Shown: positions 39,646 through 46,501 of the stretch, one piece after another
Position numbering within the stretch: position 1 is the first letter of the stretch
Layout: the number at the start of each line of letters is the position of its first letter
Assembly: GCA_021108395.1 (NCBI GenBank)
Contig: JAIOQZ010000038.1
Coordinates: forward strand, 3,415 to 67,414
Direction of reading: 5' to 3'
Origin: Candidatus Cloacimonadota bacterium
GTDB taxonomy: Bacteria > Cloacimonadota > Cloacimonadia > Cloacimonadales > JAIOQZ01
DNA: 64,000 bases
The notes under the pieces: generated by a model
Database searches by the model: none
What the model was told of the DNA's origin: nothing
The model's input: the letters and a program-made list of their open reading frames with translations, nothing else
Made by a program: the position numbers and the translations under genes

Positions 39646-39780
39646 AACGGCCCGACACTCGGTGATGATTGTGAACCAGTCTTTTTTTTTTACTCCAAGA
39701 CCATACCTCCGCTCTATTTTGCTTGACACCTCCCAGCGCTCATGCACATGCTTGTATAATAAAACTATGGAAGTGGAATT

Positions 39781-42489
39781 ATGAAAAGCTGTCTGCTCGC
39801 CGTCCTTTTCCTGTTGCTGGTGAACTCGCTCATGGGGCAAACCAGAATCGATTACATAGTTGACCCAACTGATGATGATGCATATCACTCGTTGGCTGAG
39901 GTAATGATAGTCATTCGGGAGACACTTGGTGCATATATACACCAAGTATGGATTCATCCGAACATCGATCCGGGCACAGGCACAGTTATCCCATATTATG
40001 AGCCTTGTTTATATGCCGAGTCGAGGAACATAGAATTCCGTGCAGCTGACGGGCACTCAGCTCAAGATGTCATAATAGAACTGGAGAACACCGCGGCTGT
40101 ATATCTGATTCATATGGAGCACGGTAGCTTCGAGGCACTTGATGTCACCTTCCAAATTGCAGCAGTCTCCATTGCGTGCACACGGATTATCAGTGTCCAT
40201 GCATTTCAAACTTTATGTCTATCTGATTGTATCCTGACATCATACAGCCCAAACGTAAAGTATGGCGTGTACTATGGGGGGGGAGGGTTCGAATATCGAG
40301 TAATGCAGATTATAGACTGCCACTTCAACCATGCCGCTATGGATACAGGAAGTGGTTCTGCGATTTTTGCGGATAGTGCCACTGAGGCTTATGTTGGTGG
40401 AAGTGTCATTGAAAACAACAACAAAGGTATATGCTTCTGTAAATGTGGAGATCAGAAAGTTGTTTGGTCTGAAATCCTGAACAACAACCTTGCGGTTGAT
40501 TCATACGGGGTGTCTTTTGTGTCTAATATTGGAGATGAAGTATCCTCTGAGGTTAGTAATTGCGTGATCATCAACAATAAAACTGGTGTCTGGACGGAGC
40601 TGATTGGGACATTGATTAGACATAATATCATGTCACAAATCCCCTACAATATTCGGATTAGTGACATGATGCCAAGCTGGGATTTTGATGCTTCCGCGTT
40701 TTGCAGATATAATCTGCTTATCACAGATGCTACAGGCGACCCAACAACTGCCGCTTGCGTTGAGAATAACGGTTTACTAACATTGACCAGTAACACAATT
40801 ATATGTGAACCGGGCAATTCCACTGACCTGGATGTCATTGCTGTTGACCAAAATAACGTAGGTGGGTGGCTCTTCAATTTAATTGACAACATTGTACTCG
40901 GCTTCCCCCCAGGTTGTTGGGATACCCTCCAGGACTTCAGTTGGGTTCAAGTGGAGTATTGCTGTTGTGATGTAGGGGTTCCATATCCTCACCAGGCATA
41001 TTATTTGAACATCTACACAGACCCCTTGTTCACTGACCCGGGCAATACGGAGCTCCCCCAATGGGGCTACGACCTTACCTGGGATTTTGATGCATACAGC
41101 TCGTGCATCGATAGGGGCGATCCTGAACTTGAAGACCCCGATGAAACCCGATCCGACATCGGCGCTTTCTACTACCCGCAGGAAACCGTAACATACCCCT
41201 TTGACGAACTGGTAAATGCCAGCAATATAGTATGGCTCAGCTTCCCTGTCATGGATACCCGCTACGATGAAGAGGAAGATGCATTTCTCAACGAGGTTGT
41301 TCCCATGCTGCACCCATACACTCTTTTTGATCCGCCTGCAACAGAACCCGAGCTTATCAACATCGACTGGATGATTGGCGGACATGACGGTACTGCAGTA
41401 TGGAATGACCAGCAAAACGTTTGGACGAATGGCGAGCACCGGCTGACGTCGCCATATGGCTACAAACTCAGGTTCAGGGATAATGAGGTGACTGACCTCG
41501 AAATCACAGGTCGCCCGGGGCTGCCGGACAAGGACGTCGTCCCGCTCTATAGTGAAGAAGACGAAGAAAGAACCTATCTGAACTGGATAGGCTACTTCGT
41601 TCCCAAAGGCCTGTATGTTCTGGACGCGTTCTCCACCAATATCGAATATATGTACTCAATTAAAACTCAGCGCTGGAGTATCGTGAGGAGGACTCAGGAC
41701 CCGGAAAGCGAGTGGATAATACCTCCCTCGTCTGACCCATACACAATACACTACATGGATTGCATTGAAGTGAAGGTGTTCGCTGATTCACCCAGTGGAA
41801 TGCTCTGGAACGTGCCCGAAGGAGCTGCACCTGAATACTATCCGCCGGAAACCGAGTATTTCAGCTATGTAGAGGAAATGGACTACACCCCTGTGTACAT
41901 CGTCACGGAGCCGGGAAGCCCACCCAGCGAAATAGCCACATTCGTCGATAGCGTCTGCATCGGCGCCGCCGTAGTGGAAGACACCCTCACGCTTGTTCGC
42001 GCCTACCTGCCCGATCTGAACAGGGACAACAACTGGGAACTCGCCATTGCCGTTCACTATGGCGACAGAGGGGCCGGCGCTGAACCTGTGAGCGATTATC
42101 ACGTCTTCGATCCAGCGACCGGTTCATACATAAAACGCACCATTGACTTGCGCGAAGGCGCCGACTACTACATGATCTCGCTGAAGGGCCCTGACCCGGA
42201 CGCGCCGGCCCGGCCCACCGGCATCGAAGGAGTATGGCCCAATCCTTTCAATCCCACCACCACCGTTCGCTTCAATCTCGCCGGCGAGTGCGATGCGCAA
42301 CTGAAGGTGTATAACGTGCGCGGGCAACTTGTGAAGACGTTGCTTGCAGAGCAATTGCCTGCGGGCCTACATGAAATCATGTGGCACGGCGTTGACGAGA
42401 ACGAGCGTCCCGTGGCCAGCGGCGTGTATTTCGTGCGGTTGGCAGCCGGCGGCAGGGAAGAAACGCGCAAAATGCTGCTGCTGAAGTAG
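39781..42489 (+). CDS. Secreted right-handed beta-helix-like protein with FlgD-Ig/T9SS-type CTD (passenger gene 1)
   Basis: Signal peptide MKSCLLAVLFLLLVNSLMGQ; C-terminus VWPNPFNPTTTVRFNL...VYNVRGQLV...GVYFVRL...MLLLK. Confidence 0.85.
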   Translation: MKSCLLAVLFLLLVNSLMGQTRIDYIVDPTDDDAYHSLAEVMIVIRETLGAYIHQVWIHPNIDPGTGTVIPYYEPCLYAESRNIEFRAADGHSAQDVIIELENTAAVYLIHMEHGSFEALDVTFQIAAVSIACTRIISVHAFQTLCLSDCILTSYSPNVKYGVYYGGGGFEYRVMQIIDCHFNHAAMDTGSGSAIFADSATEAYVGGSVIENNNKGICFCKCGDQKVVWSEILNNNLAVDSYGVSFVSNIGDEVSSEVSNCVIINNKTGVWTELIGTLIRHNIMSQIPYNIRISDMMPSWDFDASAFCRYNLLITDATGDPTTAACVENNGLLTLTSNTIICEPGNSTDLDVIAVDQNNVGGWLFNLIDNIVLGFPPGCWDTLQDFSWVQVEYCCCDVGVPYPHQAYYLNIYTDPLFTDPGNTELPQWGYDLTWDFDAYSSCIDRGDPELEDPDETRSDIGAFYYPQETVTYPFDELVNASNIVWLSFPVMDTRYDEEEDAFLNEVVPMLHPYTLFDPPATEPELINIDWMIGGHDGTAVWNDQQNVWTNGEHRLTSPYGYKLRFRDNEVTDLEITGRPGLPDKDVVPLYSEEDEERTYLNWIGYFVPKGLYVLDAFSTNIEYMYSIKTQRWSIVRRTQDPESEWIIPPSSDPYTIHYMDCIEVKVFADSPSGMLWNVPEGAAPEYYPPETEYFSYVEEMDYTPVYIVTEPGSPPSEIATFVDSVCIGAAVVEDTLTLVRAYLPDLNRDNNWELAIAVHYGDRGAGAEPVSDYHVFDPATGSYIKRTIDLREGADYYMISLKGPDPDAPARPTGIEGVWPNPFNPTTTVRFNLAGECDAQLKVYNVRGQLVKTLLAEQLPAGLHEIMWHGVDENERPVASGVYFVRLAAGGREETRKMLLLK

Positions 42490-42723
42490 TTTCGTTTTTT
42501 CGCGTAGCGAAAAAACGAAACCATCGAACGAAAGGGTATGTAGCGTAGCGAATACCCGAAAGAGGAATAGAGAATTTCGCGCAGCGAAAAAACGAAACCA
42601 TCGAACGAAAGGGTATGTAGCGGAGCGAATACCCGAAAGTGGAATAGAGAATTTCGCGCAGCGAAAAAACGAAACCATCGAACGAAAGGGTATGTAGCGG
42701 AGCGAATACCCGAAAGTGGAATA
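42490..42723 (+). repeat. 77-bp tandem repeat, about 3 copies, each unit predicted to fold as a long imperfect hairpin
   Basis: Unit starts at 42507, 42584 and 42661 (period exactly 77). The unit is GCGAAAAAACGAAACCATCGAACGAAAGGGTATGTAGCGGAGCGAATACCCGAAAGTGGAATAGAGAATTTCGCGCA, with internal GGGTAT/ATACCC and GCGAAA/TTTCGC pairings. Confidence 0.85.
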
Positions 42724-42752
42724 CTGGTATTTCTTGACTTGAGTGTATAGCG

Positions 42753-42949
42753 GGGGTGGAATGAAACACCCCATCCCCGAAGAGGTAGAACCGCGCTTTG
42801 CGAACGGTTCACCTGAGGCCCTTCCCCTGCATAGGGGAAGGGAGTATCTGAAAGCGACGCAGTCGCTTAACCCTCCCCTATGCAGGGGAGGGAGGGAGGT
42901 CCCGCACCATGATAGATGGTGCGGGGCTGGGTGGGGTGTTCTTACACCC
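42753..42949 (+). promoter_or_regulatory. Hairpin-dense leader upstream of passenger gene 2 (six consecutive stem-loops)
   Basis: Stem-loops at 42753-42772, 42819-42842 (10-bp stem), 42852-42868, 42871-42892 (9-bp stem, a paralog of the second), 42901-42925 (10-bp stem) and 42934-42949. GGAGGA then precedes ATG 42969. Confidence 0.4.
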
Positions 42950-42968
42950 GCTGAATTTTGGAGGAACA

Positions 42969-45827
42969 ATGCGTGGACTCATGCTCTTTACGTTGCTATG
43001 CTTGGCGACCGTACTAAGCGGCGCCACGCTCACCGTGCGCCAGGACGGTCTCGGGGACTTCACGGCCATCCAGGAAGCCTTCGACGCCGCCTCCGACGGC
43101 GACACCGTGCTGGTGTGGCCCGGGCGCTACTACGAAAACCTGAACCCGGATGCAACCAACCACCTCACTCTCGCCAGTCTCGAAATGACGACAGGCAACA
43201 GCGCCTACATCGATTCCACTGTCATTGACGGAAACCGGACAAGCTCCTGTATCTGGGTACAGGAAGCAGATCTGACGTTCACTCTGCGAGGTTTCACACT
43301 TACGAACGGTACCGGCGTTATCTGTGGCGGAAACAGGCATCACACCGTTGGCGGTGCGATGTGTGTCAATCCGTACATCGACATACAGGTCATCAACTGT
43401 AGAATCTTTGAAAACAGGGCGTATGTCGGTGGTGGGTTTTGGTTAGGTAGTTGTTGCAATCTCTATCTCGAGGGAACAACAATCAGAGATAATATATCGC
43501 GGGTAAAGGGGGGAGGTCTAAGTGTAGAAAATTCTTCAACCGTCACCTTTTCGGACACGAACCGCTGCAGCATATACAACAATATCGGTGCCTCGGGAAT
43601 GGATATCTGTTCCAAGCCTGCACCGCCCATGCATGTAATCGTGGATACCTTCACCGTGGTCAATCCGTCTCCGTTTTTCGCCAACAGTTCCAGGAATACA
43701 TATGCGATCACGTTCGACATTCTGAACGGATGGATGGAGGAGATCGATCACGACCTGTATGTATCGCCCTGGGGCGACGACGACAACAGCGGCCTGAGCG
43801 AGGCCGACCCGCTGCGCACCATCGCCGTCGCCGTGCAGCGTATCGCCTCGGACAGTCTCAATCCCAAAACTGTGCATATCGCCCCGGGAACCTACTCCCC
43901 CCCCAACGGTCAGATACTCGCTGTCCCGGGAAAAGCGTGGGTTACGCTACAGGGCGCTGGCGAGGACGAAACAATTCTTGATATTGGCGGGTATGGGCTT
44001 GGCGTTATCGTCGGCCCGTACATGAATCACGCGGCCGTGCGGGACCTGACTATCAGGAATGGAGGATCAGGTTTGTCAGCCCGTAGGCTTACGGATTTTC
44101 TGCTTGAGAATGTCACAATCAGTGACTGCGAAGCCAAGACCAGCGCATCAATGACATATGAGAAATGCCAGAACAACATTATCCGAAACCTCACAATCTC
44201 AAATAACTGCGCAGTCAATTCACATGCCGGACCGTATCTGATCTGCCAGGAGAATCTGGTGATGAGCAATGTCCTCATCAAGTCAATATCCAGCGGCGAG
44301 GATGCCTGGTGGACAACAGTCCTCGACCTTGACCTAATCGGTGACTGTCTGCTCGAAAATGTGCGGATAATCAACAATGACGGCCACTCGGATCATTCGT
44401 ATGATATCTTCACGATTGGTCCGGATGAGGACGGGACAATGCAGCTGCGGATGAACAACTGCCTTTTCGCCGGCAACACGCGGGATACAGGCCCGGCGCA
44501 AGGGCAAATCCACGCGGGCTCAGACGGTTCGGCGGTGATAACGAACTGCACTTTCGCCAATAACTACGGCGGCGGGGCCTTCGTCAAGTTCGTCGGCGAT
44601 ATAGTCCTCAGTAACAACACCTTTTGGAATCCGAATATCGCTTACGAAATCGTAATCATGAATGTGCCAACTATACCATCTGAAGTAACCTTTCAGTATA
44701 ACAACATACGTGGCGGACAGAGCGGCGTTCTGAACGAATCAGCGGCAAATACCGTGCACTGGCTCGATGGTAACGTGAATATCGATCCCGGCTTCTGTAT
44801 GGCACCCGGCATGGAATACGTTCTCTTCCCTGGTTCCCCGTTAATCGACATTGGCACGCCAGACACGACAGGGCTTTGTCTGCCCCCATTCGATCTCGGC
44901 GGCAACGAACGCGTGTGGGACGGCGACGATAATGGTGTCGAACGCATCGATATAGGCTGTTACGAGTACCAGACGATGCCACCGCCCAGCCAGCTTGAAG
45001 CTGTGGTTGAAGCCACTGATGTTCACCTCTCCTGGCTGCCTCCGGAAACGAGGGATCGAAGCCACACCGGCTACCGCATATACCGCGACAGCATAGCCGT
45101 CATTGAACTGCCCGACCCATCGGCCACAGGCTGTACAGACGTGAATGTTCCCCCCGGCGAGCGTCGCTTCTTTGTAACGGCAACCTATGGCGTTCTCGAT
45201 TCACCGCCTACAAACGAGGTTGTTGTCACTATAGACCCGGATGTATATGCACCTCCAACAGATCTGGAAGGAGCAGTTGATGGATGTGATGTACTACTCA
45301 ACTGGATGGCGCCAGGCGGGACAGCTCGAGTCCGCGAGGAGCGTGATCTGACAGGATACATGATTTATCGAGACAATATATCGATCAATATGATAAATGA
45401 TCCCGGCATTGTCGAGTTCATCGACGAAGATGCCCCTGCTGATACGCTTGCTTACTGGGTAACGGCTCTTTACGGAGCGGTTGAATCCGTGGCTTCTAAC
45501 ACTGTCACCGTAGTTGTTCCTCCTCAAGGTAATAACGAGAGTATATCTCCCTTGAATCTGGAACTATTCTGTTACCCGAATCCTATGAATCCCAGGGCGA
45601 CAATTCACTTTTCATTACCGCAGCCAAATTATGTGGATATAGACGTTTTCAATATCCGAGGGGAGCTTGTTCGACAACTTATCCACGAGATTCATCCTTC
45701 TGGCTATCACAGTATCATCTGGGATGGTACTAATGACTGTGGTGAGGCAATCAGCACGGGAGTGTACTTGGTTCGGTTACAGGCAGGTGAGCAAAACAAA
45801 ACCTCAAAGCTGTTGATGCTGAAATAA
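42969..45827 (+). CDS. Secreted right-handed beta-helix protein with FN3-like modules and FlgD-Ig/T9SS-type CTD (passenger gene 2)
   Basis: Start at MRGLMLFTLLCLATVLSGA. DGLGDFTAIQEAFDAASDGDTVLVWPGRYYE is typical of pectin-lyase-fold proteins. C-terminus CYPNPMNPRATIHFSL...VFNIRGELV...GVYLVRL...LLMLK. Confidence 0.85.
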   Translation: MRGLMLFTLLCLATVLSGATLTVRQDGLGDFTAIQEAFDAASDGDTVLVWPGRYYENLNPDATNHLTLASLEMTTGNSAYIDSTVIDGNRTSSCIWVQEADLTFTLRGFTLTNGTGVICGGNRHHTVGGAMCVNPYIDIQVINCRIFENRAYVGGGFWLGSCCNLYLEGTTIRDNISRVKGGGLSVENSSTVTFSDTNRCSIYNNIGASGMDICSKPAPPMHVIVDTFTVVNPSPFFANSSRNTYAITFDILNGWMEEIDHDLYVSPWGDDDNSGLSEADPLRTIAVAVQRIASDSLNPKTVHIAPGTYSPPNGQILAVPGKAWVTLQGAGEDETILDIGGYGLGVIVGPYMNHAAVRDLTIRNGGSGLSARRLTDFLLENVTISDCEAKTSASMTYEKCQNNIIRNLTISNNCAVNSHAGPYLICQENLVMSNVLIKSISSGEDAWWTTVLDLDLIGDCLLENVRIINNDGHSDHSYDIFTIGPDEDGTMQLRMNNCLFAGNTRDTGPAQGQIHAGSDGSAVITNCTFANNYGGGAFVKFVGDIVLSNNTFWNPNIAYEIVIMNVPTIPSEVTFQYNNIRGGQSGVLNESAANTVHWLDGNVNIDPGFCMAPGMEYVLFPGSPLIDIGTPDTTGLCLPPFDLGGNERVWDGDDNGVERIDIGCYEYQTMPPPSQLEAVVEATDVHLSWLPPETRDRSHTGYRIYRDSIAVIELPDPSATGCTDVNVPPGERRFFVTATYGVLDSPPTNEVVVTIDPDVYAPPTDLEGAVDGCDVLLNWMAPGGTARVREERDLTGYMIYRDNISINMINDPGIVEFIDEDAPADTLAYWVTALYGAVESVASNTVTVVVPPQGNNESISPLNLELFCYPNPMNPRATIHFSLPQPNYVDIDVFNIRGELVRQLIHEIHPSGYHSIIWDGTNDCGEAISTGVYLVRLQAGEQNKTSKLLMLK

Positions 45828-46185
45828 ATTCTATATCAAATGTCACATTCCGCAATAGAGTTGTATGATTCGTTTCTACAAAGCTCCGGACCACTTCTTG
45901 CTGATACTTCCACAAACTGATTCACTTGAGCGAACGGATAACGCCCCTATAACCTCATCGCCTGATCACGAGATCGCTGAAAATAGATAGCCGCTCAGCC
46001 ACATTCGCCCCGAATCGGCTTCATTTGCCAACTTAGTGATACTATTTGCCACGAAAAGTGATACTTTTTGCCATTAGGGGTGAGACTTCACACCAGATGA
46101 TTCACAGCGGATAGCTTGTTCTTTATGTGGGGCGGGTAAATTCTGCTTGACACTAACTGGGTGGGAAATTACACCGTTTCAGACT

Positions 46186-46262
46186 GCGCCCGTAGCTCAA
46201 TTGGATAGAGCATCTGACTACGGATCAGAAGGTTTGGGGTTCGAGTCCCTTCGGGCGTGCCA
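46186..46262 (+). tRNA. tRNA-Arg (anticodon ACG), CCA encoded
   Basis: D-arm GCTCAATTGGATAGAGC, anticodon arm TCTGA-CTACGGA-TCAGA and T-loop TTCGAGT. It has a G1-U72 wobble and a weak first T-stem pair, so confidence is slightly reduced. Confidence 0.8.
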
Positions 46263-46266
46263 TTTT

Positions 46267-46296
46267 AAGCCCATCTATATCAGAGGGGCTTTTTTG
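46267..46296 (+). terminator. Possible terminator after tRNA-Arg
   Basis: AAGCCC-N13-GGGCTT is followed by TTTTT. Confidence 0.45.
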
Positions 46297-46501
46297 CGTT
46301 ATCATAGGCTTATGCGGCATTTCAGGCTTTCTCGCTGAATCTACTTGTTTCAGGATGTTATTGTATATTTACGGGGAAAAATAAACGAGAACTTGCCAAG
46401 ATATTATCAATCGCTATTTTTTGCATGGATGTGTGTTGTGCTATAAGAACTTGAACAAATGAACCAAACAAGGGGAATTGAGTTAAGTATAGGTAGTATG
46501 T

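Larger units (their letters stand above)
38608..46092. mobile_element. Candidate 7.5-kb cargo transposon: imperfect terminal inverted repeats, 5-bp target-site duplication, one IS3-type transposase gene, two passenger genes
   Basis: Left end TGTAAAATCTCACCCCCCCTGGCAA versus reverse-complemented right end TGTGAAGTCTCACCCCTAATGGCAA (20/25 identical). CCAGA lies directly outside both ends (38603-38607, 46093-46097). TGGCAA-containing subterminal repeats occur at both ends. Confidence 0.5.

Noticed and set aside
39646-39957. N-terminal extension of the transposase ORF (track ORF 38803-39957)
   Set aside because: The extension overlaps the divergent, signal-peptide-bearing start of the 902-aa gene. 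It has no HTH or OrfA-like sequence, and it reads through what looks like promoter DNA. The ATG at 39645 gives a standard HTH_21-rve protein.
42490-42723. CRISPR array or type III toxin-antitoxin (ToxI-like) RNA repeat
   Set aside because: The whole 77-bp unit repeats with no unique spacers, and no cas genes are present. For a ToxIN-like system, a small toxin ORF of about 170 aa should follow directly, but the next gene is a 952-aa secreted protein behind 200 nt of hairpins.
42168-42969. Three overlapping minus-strand ORFs (130-214 aa) across the 77-bp repeats
   Set aside because: All three minus frames are open only because the repeat unit happens to lack stop triplets. The period (77) is not a multiple of 3, so the apparent proteins are frame-rotated low-complexity repeats (FGYSLRYIPFRSMVSFFR...). 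They also overlap the ends of real genes.
46093-46262. tRNA-targeted integrative island (integrase-type) at tRNA-Arg
   Set aside because: The element ends 5' of the tRNA rather than within its 3' end. There is no tyrosine or serine integrase, and no duplicated tRNA 3' segment is seen. The inverted ends with a 5-bp duplication fit DDE transposition instead.
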